Positions 9,148-20,216 of a stretch of 64,000 bases of DNA are shown one piece after another. The notes beneath the pieces were generated by a model. It had not been told where the DNA came from. It saw nothing but the letters and a program-made list of their open reading frames with translations, and made no database searches. The translations under genes and the position numbers were made by a program. The DNA is from Archangium sp. (lineage in GTDB: Bacteria; Myxococcota; Myxococcia; Myxococcales; Myxococcaceae): contig JANODF010000069.1 in NCBI GenBank assembly GCA_031412555.1, positions 1,608 to 65,607 on the forward strand, given 5' to 3'. How positions within the stretch are numbered: position 1 is the stretch's first letter; every line of letters starts with the position of its first letter.

Positions 9148-10932
9148 ATGAGGGCCGCGCTCGTTCTCAGCCTGTTGTTCTGGAGCTGCGCGCATACCTT
9201 CCCCGCGCGCTACGACCTCGAGGCGCTGCGCGCCGATTCAGCGAAGTGGCCGGGAGAGGCGCTGGTTCACTACCTCTCGCGACCGGGCGCAGACGACACC
9301 GTCTGCGAACGCTCGAACTTCTCGCGCCTCGACTCGACGCTCACCGCTCCCTTCATCGACAGCCTCGACTCGGAGCGGGTGCCCCTGCAGCTCTGGGTCG
9401 CGTGCGCGCAGCGGCTGCTGCCTTCGCTCCCCGAGACCTCGCGCGGCCCCTTCGTCGAGCGCCTGTCGCGCCTCACCATGACCCTCGTGGAGCGGCCCGA
9501 CCTCGCACGGCTGCGCGCGACGTATGAGGTGCTCTCCCGGAGGCCGCGCGAACCCGCCCCAGCGCTGCGGAAGTTGCGGTCACAGCTGCCGGCACAGCCC
9601 TCGACTCCAGCCCTGAACGCGCTGGTCGAGTCGCTGCGCGCGCTGCTCGATCTCGATGACGGCATCGTCGACGGCCAGCCCCTCACCGAGGCGACCGTGC
9701 TGCAGCTCGACGACGAGGCCCTGCTGCGGCGCATCGACGCGCGCGCTCCTGACGAAGCCCTTCGCACGGCGGCGCGGCGGAGAATCGTGCGAATCCACAT
9801 CGCGCAGTCGCCGGTGAAAGAGGTGCAAACGCGCGCCGCGGAGGTCGAGGCCGCCGTGATGAAGGCGGGCCGCTGGGCCCAGCCGCTCGCCTCGTTGGCA
9901 GCCCCGGTGCCGCAGCCCCCGCTGGTCGCGCCCATCGACGTGAGGCTCTCCCAGGACATCGAGGCACAGCTCGCGTCCCCCTTCGTCGCCGGAGACGACG
10001 CTCGCCGCGCGCCTGCCATCGACCTCAAACCGCTGCTCCGCTTTCACGTCGGGTGGAGTGAGCCCCTCGTGTTGTGCGAAGCCCCGGCCGCCCTCGCCGT
10101 CGCTCCATGCATCGACGCGGCCGAGGTGCAACTGGGCACGGGCTTCGCCACGCTCGACCGCGCCGGCGTGCTGCACCTCGCAAAGAAGTGGGCGATGGCC
10201 GACGCGATCGACTTGACCGCCACCGGCCTGGGCCTGGTGGTGCCCGTGAAGCTCGGAGAGCGGCTCTCTCAGGTGGTGCAGGTGCCACTCACGGCGCAGG
10301 TGCCGGGCTCGTTCTGCTTCGAGGGCGCGCCGACGGATCGCGGGCCCCTCGTCAGCGCCGTCGTGGTGCCCGCGGCACATGGGCTGCTGGTGGAGGCGGT
10401 CGACGAGCGAGGCCGACGCGTTCAGTTCGTGCTCCCGCGCAACGCGGCCGGCGTCGAGTTCGGCAGCTGCGGGGGTCGCGGGCGCGCGGGCACGGCAGGC
10501 TCGCCGGGCGTGTCGGGTTCGTCTGGCACCACGGGCAGCAGCGCGATGTGCCCGTCTTCGCCCGGCGGCAGAGGCGGAAACGGAGGAAACGGCACCCCGG
10601 GCGGCGCGGGCGGCGACGGAGGGCCTGGTGGTGAAGGCGGCGCGCTCCGCGTCGAGCTGCACTGCGCGAAAAGCTGTGAAGACGAGGCCCTGGTGCGCAC
10701 CGTCTTCCGTTCGCGTGGAGGCCTCGGGGGTGAAGGCGGCCCGGGTGGCCAGGGCGGCCGAGGCGGCGCGGGGGGAGCGGGCGGCTCGGGCACGAGCTGC
10801 TATCAGAACGGCAAGAGCAGCTACGCCTCGGGCGGCAGTCCCGGCTCTTCGGGCTCGAATGGCCCCCAGGGTTCCGCCGGCAGACGGGGCGCGCCCGGGT
10901 CTGACGGCGTCGTCGAGGTGCTTCGCCGCTGA
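9148..10932 (+). CDS. Hypothetical lipoprotein with Gly-rich and collagen-like (G-X-Y) C-terminal region
   Basis: Lies in the frame of ORF 9127..10932. The second Met gives MRAALVLSLLFWSC (lipobox). The C-terminus contains GSPGVSGSSGTTGSS and GSPGSSGSNGPQGSAGRRGAPGSDG triplet runs plus GGxGG tracts. Confidence 0.7.
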   Translation: MRAALVLSLLFWSCAHTFPARYDLEALRADSAKWPGEALVHYLSRPGADDTVCERSNFSRLDSTLTAPFIDSLDSERVPLQLWVACAQRLLPSLPETSRGPFVERLSRLTMTLVERPDLARLRATYEVLSRRPREPAPALRKLRSQLPAQPSTPALNALVESLRALLDLDDGIVDGQPLTEATVLQLDDEALLRRIDARAPDEALRTAARRRIVRIHIAQSPVKEVQTRAAEVEAAVMKAGRWAQPLASLAAPVPQPPLVAPIDVRLSQDIEAQLASPFVAGDDARRAPAIDLKPLLRFHVGWSEPLVLCEAPAALAVAPCIDAAEVQLGTGFATLDRAGVLHLAKKWAMADAIDLTATGLGLVVPVKLGERLSQVVQVPLTAQVPGSFCFEGAPTDRGPLVSAVVVPAAHGLLVEAVDERGRRVQFVLPRNAAGVEFGSCGGRGRAGTAGSPGVSGSSGTTGSSAMCPSSPGGRGGNGGNGTPGGAGGDGGPGGEGGALRVELHCAKSCEDEALVRTVFRSRGGLGGEGGPGGQGGRGGAGGAGGSGTSCYQNGKSSYASGGSPGSSGSNGPQGSAGRRGAPGSDGVVEVLRR

Positions 10933-10974
10933 TCAGCGCTGGCTGCGCCCCCGGTTCGTCTGCATGATGCCGCC

Positions 10975-12036
10975 ATGTTTCGCCGTGGCTGGTGGCTGAT
11001 GGTGGTCGTCTCGTCGGTGACGTTCGCCCAGACCCCGCGCTCGCTCTTCGACGAAGGCACGGCGCTCTACAGCAAGGGTGAGTTCGCGAATGCCGCGGTG
11101 AAATTCGAAGCCTCGTTCGCCGCCCGCCCGGTGCCGGTGACGAAGTTCAACATCGCGCGCTCATGGGAACAGGCTGGCGAGACCCTCAAGGCCATCGACG
11201 CGTGGCAGGCGTGGCTCGCCATGAGCCCCACCTCACCGGAACGACCGGCCGCAGAACAATCGCTCGCGGCACTCGGCGACAAGCTCGCGCGGCTGGGCGT
11301 GCAGGCGCTGACCATCAGCTCGCTGCCGTCGGGCGCGCGCGTCACCATCGATGGCACCGCCGCGGGCGTGGTGCCGCTGACCGTCGAGCTGACGCCCACG
11401 CGCCACCTGATTCGCCTCGACGTGCAGGGGCGGGTGCCCGCGGAGCGCACCGTGGTGATGCAGCTCGAGCGCCCCCGCGTCGAGTTCTTCGAGCTGGCGC
11501 CCCTCGAAGACGCCGCGCCCGCGCCGCTCGCCGTGACGCGCCCCAGGCCACTCCCCTCGCCCACCGTTCCGACCCCGATGGACGCGGCGTTCGCGGCGTC
11601 GTTGTCGAACGACACGGTGCAGGTGCACATCGACTCGGCCGAGAAGGAGCTGCGGCTGTATCGCGCGAACGGCAACCCGAACGGCGAGTGCCGGGCGCCC
11701 TGTGACGCGCCGATCGCCCGCGCGACCGACGTCTTCATGATCGGCGGTGCGGGGATCACCCCTTCGAAAACCTTCGTGTTGATCGATCACGCCCGGAACG
11801 GACGCGTGTCGCTGAAGGTGAAGGCAGGCAGCGCGGGTTGGTTGGTCGGCGGCGGCACGCTCCTCACCACCGTGGCGGTCGCCGCACTCTCGATCGCTTT
11901 TGCCTTCAGCCTGTCGGGCAGCGGAGATCGCACCTTGCCCGTGGGCCTGGGTCTGGGCCTGGGAGCCGCCTCGGGCCTCGGCGCGATCCTGGTCTTCGCG
12001 ACCAACGGCACTTCGATCACCTTCGAAGGCGAGTGA
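10975..12036 (+). CDS. TPR-like / PEGA-domain membrane protein
   Basis: Signal peptide MFRRGWWLMVVVSSVTFAQ, then a TPR-like helix pair. The PEGA-like segment is ISSLPSGARVTIDGTAAGVVPLTVELTPTRHLIRLDVQG. Hydrophobic segments lie at the C-terminus. Confidence 0.7.
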   Translation: MFRRGWWLMVVVSSVTFAQTPRSLFDEGTALYSKGEFANAAVKFEASFAARPVPVTKFNIARSWEQAGETLKAIDAWQAWLAMSPTSPERPAAEQSLAALGDKLARLGVQALTISSLPSGARVTIDGTAAGVVPLTVELTPTRHLIRLDVQGRVPAERTVVMQLERPRVEFFELAPLEDAAPAPLAVTRPRPLPSPTVPTPMDAAFAASLSNDTVQVHIDSAEKELRLYRANGNPNGECRAPCDAPIARATDVFMIGGAGITPSKTFVLIDHARNGRVSLKVKAGSAGWLVGGGTLLTTVAVAALSIAFAFSLSGSGDRTLPVGLGLGLGAASGLGAILVFATNGTSITFEGE

Positions 12037-12161
12037 CCTCACCGTTCGCATCGAGCGCAGTCGAGATGCCACTGCTGCACGATGCGGAAGTGCTCCCTCG
12101 ACTTCTCTCGGGAGGACCGGTGTGACGCGGTCAACCGATCATCTTCACTGTGCAGAGTGAC

Positions 12162-13829
<1,668 letters not shown>

Positions 13830-13894
13830 GGGCTGACTTCAGAGTCTGCCTCGTCTCTCACCACGGCGCTCTGCCGTAATGGCCGGTCGAGACG

Positions 13895-14173
13895 CTAAAG
13901 GCCGGTCTGAAGCATCTCCGCCACCACCTGGCGGATCAGCTCGCGGCGTACTTCTTTGCGCGCGCGTTCGTACGCGCTCACGTGCACCCGCCCGGTGTTC
14001 GCCTTGCGCGTCTTGGCAGCGGCGCGCACCACCAGGTCGACGCGGCTGGGCTCGAGTTGAAAGGGACGCCGGGCGTCCTTCGAGAGGAAATAGTTGATCC
14101 CCCTGGCCTCCAGCAGCTTCGCCAGGTGCTTCCGGGATTCAACGATCAGCGACAGGTCGATGATGTCCGCCAT
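13895..14173 (-). CDS. Small hypothetical protein
   Basis: ORF 13895..14218. The internal ATG at 14173 gives MADIIDLSLIVESRKHLAKLLEARG..., with good G/C third-position bias. No family recognised. Confidence 0.5.
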   Translation of the reverse strand: MADIIDLSLIVESRKHLAKLLEARGINYFLSKDARRPFQLEPSRVDLVVRAAAKTRKANTGRVHVSAYERARKEVRRELIRQVVAEMLQTGL

Positions 14174-14337
14174 GCGTGAACGGTTTGTCCTTCGGATCAG
14201 TGCACTCGTCCATTTCACGTGACGATCGCCGCGGGTTTTTGACAGCGCCCGTGCTTCGGTGAAGCGCGCGTCTCACCGGGGTGACGGCCATTCGGTCAGC
14301 GTGCGAAAGCATCGCCCGCCATGACAGACTGTGGCCC

Positions 14338-16434
14338 ATGGAGTGGCGCGAAGACGTGGGCCCCGCGCGGGCCGGTGATGCAGCAGCGCGCGAGCGGCTC
14401 CGGGAGTACCTCACGCCCTTTGCGCACGGCGTCGCCCTCGCGTCGTCACCGCACCACGTGACCGATCGCCTGGTGCCGAAGATCCTCGACGAGGCGATGC
14501 GCACGCTGGGTGGCGTCGACGATGCGTCGATCGGCGTGCACGTGATGAACGTGGCGCGGCGAATCTCGAAAGAAGCCTCGCCCGGCGCGATCGAAGAACA
14601 GGGCACCTCGCAATCCTCGCTCCTCGAAGCGCGCCAGAGCCTGTCCCGGCTGCGGGCGCTGCCGGAGCAGGCACGCGAACGTTTTTTCCTCCGCCTGGTG
14701 GAAGGCATTCCCGGGCCTGAGCTCTCTGAAGTCGCCCGCATCGCGCCCGGTGAGCTGCGCGCCGAGCTGGAGCGTTGTGCCGCCGAAGCCGCGCGCGCCT
14801 TCGGCCAGGGCCAGAGCTTCGCGGGCGATGAATACCTCTGGGAGCTCTCGGGCACCGCGCCGCCCCTGCTCGCCCGCCTCGAGATGCAGCTTCCTTTGCT
14901 GCGCTTCGACCCCACCGCGGCCCCCATGTCCGAGGTCACCTCGGCGGGCACCTTTCAGGAGCTGGCCGCCGTCGGCAGCAAGCCGATGAAGCCGCTGATG
15001 TTCGAGGAGTTCGAAGGCACCGAGACCGGCGTGGTCACCGCGCCCGTGCCGGCGGCGACCCGGCCTCCGCTCGACGTGCCCAACCCCTTCGAGAACGCCG
15101 TGCGCACCATCGCGGCGACGGATCTGCCCGCCGAAGCGCGCGGCTCGATGCCGATGGTCCCCTGGTCGACCGACCCCAGCAAGAGTGGCCGGGGGGCACC
15201 ACTGCCGCCACGACCGGTACCGGCGGCCACGCCCGAAGGTGAACGCAGCGGCAAGAGCATCAGCGGCAAGAGCAACAGCGGGAAGAGCGGCAAGCAGGGC
15301 CAGGTGCCCGAGAGCTCGAGCAAGAGCGGCCGCATGGCCCCCATGCCCGCGCGCTCCGAGGTGACCAAAGACGCGCCGCGGCTGCAGGAACCCGAAGTGA
15401 CCGACGCCAAGGTGCCCGCGCTGGTCATCGAAGCCCAGGCGGAGCTCAACACCGCGCCCGAGAGCATCCTGGGCAAGCCGACCATGATGCTGCCGCTGTC
15501 GGCCGCCATCTCGAGCATCCCCAGCCCCACGCTCACCTCGACCGCGGTGGCCAACAGCGAGACCCGCATCGGCAGTGTGCCGACGCACACCCCTCCGCCC
15601 GGCCTCCTCGAGCACACCTTCTTCAAAGGCAGCCAGCCGCTCTTCGCGGCGCTGGTGATCGGAGCCGCGGCGCTGGCGATCTATTCGGTGTCGTTGTTCG
15701 CGGTCGATCGACAGCAACGCGCGAACTGGACGCTCACCCAGGTGGTGGTGGCCGCGGAGGAGCTGGGCGTGGGTGACGTGGTCTCGCTGGAGAACGTCGC
15801 GTTGCGCGCCGTGCCCGAGCCCTTTCAGGGCAGCGGCGTGGTGAAGGGCGACATGATGAACTTCATCCTCGATCAGAAGCTCGCGGTCGGCGTGCAGATG
15901 GGCGACCCGCTCTTCATGTCGCAGTTCGTCTCGATGCGAACGGCGGATCAGCGGCTCTCGAAGAAGGTGATGAAGCGCACCCGCGGCTTCACCATCGCCA
16001 CCAACGCGGTGGCTGCGGTCGGGCGGTGGGTGAAGCCGGGCGATCTCGTCGACGTGGTGGTGACCTTCCCCATGAAAGAAGGCCCTCGTAAACAGATCGA
16101 ACGGCGCGCGGTCACCCTTCTGCAGAAGGTGCCGGTGCTGGCCACGGGGAAGATCGCCGATGACATCTCCGAGGCCACGATGGACGAGCGCGAGAAGGCC
16201 TACGTCGACGTGACGTTGCTGCTCTCAGCCGAAGAAGTCGAAGCGCTCACGCTGGGCGCCACGCTCGGCCGGGTGAAGCTCACCCTGCGCAACGGGGAAG
16301 ACCTCGAGGAGGATCGCAACCTCGATGGCGCCTACACCGACTCCGACACGCTGCTCGATGGAGCGCGGCAGAACGGCATTCGCAAGAAGCGGCAGAAGAT
16401 CATCGAGATCATCCGCGCGAAGAAGAGCCAGTGA
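14338..16434 (+). CDS. Fusion protein: sigma-70/ECF-like N-terminal domain, Pro/Ser-rich linker, TM segment, CpaB (SAF + RcpC) C-terminal module
   Basis: ORF 14281..16434; the start is taken at Met20 and is uncertain. The region-4-like segment is LPEQARERFFLRLVEGIPGPELSEVARIAPGELRAELERC. The TM segment is LFAALVIGAAALAIYSVSLFAV. The CpaB pattern is VVVAAEELGVGDVVSLENVALRAVP..., KPGDLVDVVVTF, LLQKVPVLATGK, VDVTLLLSAEEVEALTLGATLGRVKLTLRN. Confidence 0.7.
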   Translation: MEWREDVGPARAGDAAARERLREYLTPFAHGVALASSPHHVTDRLVPKILDEAMRTLGGVDDASIGVHVMNVARRISKEASPGAIEEQGTSQSSLLEARQSLSRLRALPEQARERFFLRLVEGIPGPELSEVARIAPGELRAELERCAAEAARAFGQGQSFAGDEYLWELSGTAPPLLARLEMQLPLLRFDPTAAPMSEVTSAGTFQELAAVGSKPMKPLMFEEFEGTETGVVTAPVPAATRPPLDVPNPFENAVRTIAATDLPAEARGSMPMVPWSTDPSKSGRGAPLPPRPVPAATPEGERSGKSISGKSNSGKSGKQGQVPESSSKSGRMAPMPARSEVTKDAPRLQEPEVTDAKVPALVIEAQAELNTAPESILGKPTMMLPLSAAISSIPSPTLTSTAVANSETRIGSVPTHTPPPGLLEHTFFKGSQPLFAALVIGAAALAIYSVSLFAVDRQQRANWTLTQVVVAAEELGVGDVVSLENVALRAVPEPFQGSGVVKGDMMNFILDQKLAVGVQMGDPLFMSQFVSMRTADQRLSKKVMKRTRGFTIATNAVAAVGRWVKPGDLVDVVVTFPMKEGPRKQIERRAVTLLQKVPVLATGKIADDISEATMDEREKAYVDVTLLLSAEEVEALTLGATLGRVKLTLRNGEDLEEDRNLDGAYTDSDTLLDGARQNGIRKKRQKIIEIIRAKKSQ

Positions 16435-16437
16435 TTT

Positions 16438-17358
16438 TCAAACCGGGCTGATCCTCCGATACCGCTTGAGCGCTTCCACTTCGTCGGTGGTGTGCGTGAA
16501 CCCCGTCGCCGCGCGGTACGCCGTTCCGTCGACCACGATGGGGTACTTGATGTGTTCGAGCGCGCCCCTGGGCAGATTCGGAAAACCGAAACGCCCCAGC
16601 AGCTGCACCAGGATCGCTTCGGGAACCGGGATCACCGTGCGGCCCGTCTCGCGCGCGATGGTGCCCAGGGGGATGGGCGCTGGACCACACACGTTGAAGA
16701 TGCCGCGGGGCCGTTTCTCCACCGCCAGGGTGATGCCGCGCGCCGCGTCGTCTTCTTCGAGAAATTGGAACAGCGGGTCGTAGCCGAACACCATCGGCAC
16801 CCGCTTGCCGCGCAAGAAGCTCGAGAGTGTGCCGGTCTTCGAAGGGCCCAGCGTGTAGACCAACCGCAACACCGTGGTGGTCAACGAAGGCTCACGCCAC
16901 AACATGTTGGCGCCGTACAGGTCGGCCGCGACGAGATCGGCCAGCTCGGGGAAGTTTCCGATGCCGTTCGGGGGCTCGTTCTCCACGTGGTACAGCGGCG
17001 AGTCGGCCGAAGCGCCGTAGTACGTGTGCCGGCCCACCACCACCACGTGCTTCACGCCGTGCGCGACCGAGTGATCGAACACCGCGCGGGTACCGGCGAT
17101 GTTGATGCGCGCGCGCTCTTCACCTGACGCAGACAGCGCGTTGACGGTGGCCATGTGCACCACGCACTCGGGGCGCTCGCGGCGGAACACGTCTTCGGCG
17201 GCGCGTTTGCGAATGTCGACCTCGTGCACCTGGATGTCGCGCGGCGCGTCCCACCAGGGGCGGCGATCGAGGCCGATGACCGAGTGCCCTGCCTCACGCA
17301 GCTTGAGCGCCACCTGGCGGGCCAACGCGCCACCCACGCCCACGATGAGCACCTTCAT
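16438..17358 (-). CDS. NAD-dependent epimerase/dehydratase family (SDR) protein
   Basis: The N-terminal Rossmann motif is [20 protein letters not shown]. Length is 306 aa. There is a 4-nt overlap with the upstream acyltransferase gene. Confidence 0.8.
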   Translation of the reverse strand: MKVLIVGVGGALARQVALKLREAGHSVIGLDRRPWWDAPRDIQVHEVDIRKRAAEDVFRRERPECVVHMATVNALSASGEERARINIAGTRAVFDHSVAHGVKHVVVVGRHTYYGASADSPLYHVENEPPNGIGNFPELADLVAADLYGANMLWREPSLTTTVLRLVYTLGPSKTGTLSSFLRGKRVPMVFGYDPLFQFLEEDDAARGITLAVEKRPRGIFNVCGPAPIPLGTIARETGRTVIPVPEAILVQLLGRFGFPNLPRGALEHIKYPIVVDGTAYRAATGFTHTTDEVEALKRYRRISPV

Positions 17359-18155
17359 GACGCGCGCTCCTTGGCGACCCGGGCCGCTTCGATGAGCTCG
17401 GCGATGCGCGCCTTCACCTCGTCGACGTAGCCGATGATCACCGAGTCTTCTTCATCACCACTGCCCTCGAACACCAGCGGCTTGCCGTAGTGCACCGACA
17501 GCCTGGCCGGCAGCGGCAGCGCGATGCCGTACGGCGTGATGGGCACGTAGGGCACGCCCATCAACTTGCCCAGCGTCGAGGAGTTCAGCACGGTGGGCAC
17601 CGCGTCACCGCCCCCGTGAAAACCCAGCGGCACGATGGGCGATTTGGTCTTGAGCGCCAGGCGCATGAAGCCCGTGCCGAAATCGACCAACGAGTGGCGA
17701 TCTTTGTAGAGCTTGGCCGTGCCGCGCGCGCCTTCGGGGAAGACCATCAGCAGCCGGTCATCCATCAAGAGCCGCTCGGCGTGTTCCGGCAGGCCGGTGA
17801 GCTGGCCGCAACGCGAGCTCCACTGGCTGCCCACCGGGAGCATGTTGATGAACTTCTCGGCCATGCCCTGGGCCAGGCGGGGCGGCTCCATCTCCAGCAG
17901 CATCGAAGTGAGCACCATCGCGCCGTCGAGCGCGTAGCCACCTGAATGATTGCCGACCAGCATGGCCCGGCCGCGTTTGGGCACGTTCTCCACCCCGACC
18001 GCGGTCACCCGAAAGTAGCGCCGGTACATGAAACCGAGCGCCTTGAAGAAGACCGTCAGGTGTTTCTTGGAGACGCCGTAGGGATCGATGCCCAGGGAGT
18101 TGAAAGGCAGCTCCAACCGATCGACCAGGTCTCGCACCGCTTCATCACGCGCCAT
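17355..18155 (-). CDS. Lysophospholipid (1-acyl-glycerol-3-phosphate type) acyltransferase family protein
   Basis: PlsC-type motifs are present: [11 protein letters not shown] (H(X)4D block) and FPEGARGT. Confidence 0.75.
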   Translation of the reverse strand: MARDEAVRDLVDRLELPFNSLGIDPYGVSKKHLTVFFKALGFMYRRYFRVTAVGVENVPKRGRAMLVGNHSGGYALDGAMVLTSMLLEMEPPRLAQGMAEKFINMLPVGSQWSSRCGQLTGLPEHAERLLMDDRLLMVFPEGARGTAKLYKDRHSLVDFGTGFMRLALKTKSPIVPLGFHGGGDAVPTVLNSSTLGKLMGVPYVPITPYGIALPLPARLSVHYGKPLVFEGSGDEEDSVIIGYVDEVKARIAELIEAARVAKERAS

Positions 18156-18179
18156 GGGGCGGTGACTCTACGCAAGGAT

Positions 18180-18626
18180 TCAGGCGTGCCGGTGCTGTTT
18201 GACGTTCGCGCGTGACACGAAGTCTTCGAGCGCACCCGACAACGCCGAGGCCTCGATGAGCGTGGCGAAGCGGCCGATGGGAACGTCTTCCGGCCCCGAC
18301 GCGGTCATCACCCACACCGAAAGGGCGTAGCCCGTCGGCACCCGGGTGATGGGCATCTTCAAGACCCGCAGCTCGACGCGCGCCATCTCCAGCGGTTCTC
18401 CATCGAGCAGCAGCCGGTTGTTGGCCCGCACCAGGGTGCGTTCTTGCGGCCGGCCCAGGCGAACCAACGCCACCGCGAGGATGGGGAGGACGATCGCGTC
18501 GGTGATGAAAAGAAAGGCGCCCGCTGCGGTGGTGAGATCCGCGAAAGCCAGAACGCCGAAGAGGACCAGAAACGTGGCGCCCCACAACACCAGGCGCGCG
18601 CGGTCGCGGCCCACGTGGATGACCAT
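18180..18626 (-). CDS. Hypothetical membrane protein (start uncertain; alternatives are GTG 18665 and ORF-track start 18755)
   Basis: ORF 18180..18755. Two hydrophobic helices (LVLWGATFLVLFGVLAF, AFLFITDAIVLPILAVALV) are followed by a soluble domain. The longest form would overlap the upstream gene's end. Confidence 0.5.
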   Translation of the reverse strand: MVIHVGRDRARLVLWGATFLVLFGVLAFADLTTAAGAFLFITDAIVLPILAVALVRLGRPQERTLVRANNRLLLDGEPLEMARVELRVLKMPITRVPTGYALSVWVMTASGPEDVPIGRFATLIEASALSGALEDFVSRANVKQHRHA

Positions 18627-18745
18627 GTAATCCGGACGGGATTGGGTGACGCTGATCCGACGCACGGGTGCTCCTCCTGCTACGGCCTCAATGAGCAACA
18701 CTAGCCTCCATCCAACCCGCGTGCAGGGTTGAGACTTCCCGGTGC

Positions 18746-19789
18746 CTACATCCACACCAGGATGCCCACGACGATCCCACTGAAGATGAGGATCAACGCT
18801 GCCGCGACGACCAGCTGATTCATGGCGTCCTTGCGCGCCACATCATCGAGCTCGTCGCCACGCAGCAAATGCATCACGTTCCAGAGCATCTGACCGCCCA
18901 GCACCTGATCGGTTCCCGAAGAGTTGCGATCCTTCTTCTTGGCGGCCTCGGGCGTCTCTTCGACTTTGACGGTGGCCACCCTGAGGTGCGGCTGCATGGG
19001 CGCCTTTCCGTCCAGGGCGGCAACGGCGCGGCGCTCCTTGTCGACGTCGGCCTTGAGCGAACGGTCGCCTGCGGCCGGGTTGTCTTTCCAGGAGGGCGCT
19101 TCGAGTTGGCGGGGGCGCGCGTCGGCCTGCGCTTCTTGGGTCTTCGCCTCGAGCATCTCGCGCGCCGCTTCCATGCCGCTGCGGCCGTCGTCGGTCTTCA
19201 GCTCTTCGAAGCCCGCGCGTTTGAGGGCCTTGTCGAACTGGGCGAGCGTCTTGTCGAGTTCTGCCTCGGTGAGTGAGGGCGCCAGTTGCAGGCCCGTCTC
19301 CACCGTGGAGAACGCGCCTCCGGTCTGGGCGGGTCGACCTTGCGCGGCCCGTTCAGCCTGCGCGGTGCCGTGGGCCAGCTCGGCGAAGCGGGCGGCATAG
19401 CTCTCGAAGAAGGCGAACACCCGCGCGGCCTTCTGTTCCTTCGTCATGCCCGGGTGGTGCAGCAGCTCCTGCTCCACCAGCTTGAGATCCGAGAGGAACC
19501 GTTCGGGCATGGTGCGCGCGTCGGTGAGCCGCTTCGTATCGGGGGTCAACGAGCTGACGTCACGAAACACCCGGCCGGTGCCACTGGAGAGCAAGGCAGA
19601 CACATCGCGCGCCACCCCCTTGAAGGCGTCGCGCAGCTCGGGCGAGCTGATGACCGTCTGCACTTCTTTGAGCTCGGCGGTGGAGACAGCCCCGGCTTTC
19701 GCCCGGCGCAACAGCTCTTGAACCGCGGCGACACCCGCGCCACCGCCCGCTCGCATGGAGCGCATCAGCTCGCCGTTGCCTGCCATCAC
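18746..19789 (-). CDS. Hypothetical protein with C-terminal transmembrane anchor
   Basis: 347 aa, charged and helical, ending in LVVAAALILIFSGIVVGILVWM. Codon bias is good. No family recognised. Confidence 0.6.
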   Translation of the reverse strand: MMAGNGELMRSMRAGGGAGVAAVQELLRRAKAGAVSTAELKEVQTVISSPELRDAFKGVARDVSALLSSGTGRVFRDVSSLTPDTKRLTDARTMPERFLSDLKLVEQELLHHPGMTKEQKAARVFAFFESYAARFAELAHGTAQAERAAQGRPAQTGGAFSTVETGLQLAPSLTEAELDKTLAQFDKALKRAGFEELKTDDGRSGMEAAREMLEAKTQEAQADARPRQLEAPSWKDNPAAGDRSLKADVDKERRAVAALDGKAPMQPHLRVATVKVEETPEAAKKKDRNSSGTDQVLGGQMLWNVMHLLRGDELDDVARKDAMNQLVVAAALILIFSGIVVGILVWM

Positions 19790-19859
19790 TCGAATCTAGG
19801 CAAGTGAGACGGCGGATTGCTATCGCCCGGCTCCCTCGGCGCTTATCCTCCGCGGCAGC

Positions 19860-20210
19860 ATGAGTGACCCGGCGGACAAGAGACGGCACCCGAGAACACC
19901 GCTCAACGTCCTGGTGCAGTTCCGCTTCGACACGTTCGACGAGTTCCTCGCCGAGTACTCGGTGAACATCTCGCCGGGTGGCATCTTCGTGAAGACCGAC
20001 GAGCCGCGTGAAGAAGGTTCGGTCATCTACCTGCAGTTCGCGCTCAAAGACGGCAGCAAGCTCATCGAAGGCATGGGCAAGGTGGTTCGGGTCAACCCCG
20101 TGGGAGATCCGAAGCGGCCGGCGGGCATGGGCATCGAGTTCATCAACTTCGACGACGAGTCGATGGCGCTCATCGCGGAGATCTGCGCCCAGCGCAGCAC
20201 CAGGAACTGA
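19860..20210 (+). CDS. PilZ-domain protein (myxobacterial single-domain type)
   Basis: KRRHPRTPLNVLVQF...DEFLAEYSVNISPGGIFVKT matches the RxxxR ... D/NxSxxG PilZ signature. Confidence 0.8.
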   Translation: MSDPADKRRHPRTPLNVLVQFRFDTFDEFLAEYSVNISPGGIFVKTDEPREEGSVIYLQFALKDGSKLIEGMGKVVRVNPVGDPKRPAGMGIEFINFDDESMALIAEICAQRSTRN

Positions 20211-20216
20211 CGCGTC

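Noticed and set aside
10470-10900. Periodic G-rich DNA here and at 55136..55325, considered as a possible CRISPR or other non-coding repeat array.
   Set aside because: The periodicity is 3/9/36 nt within open reading frames and encodes Gly-rich or collagen-like linkers. There is no repeat-spacer structure.
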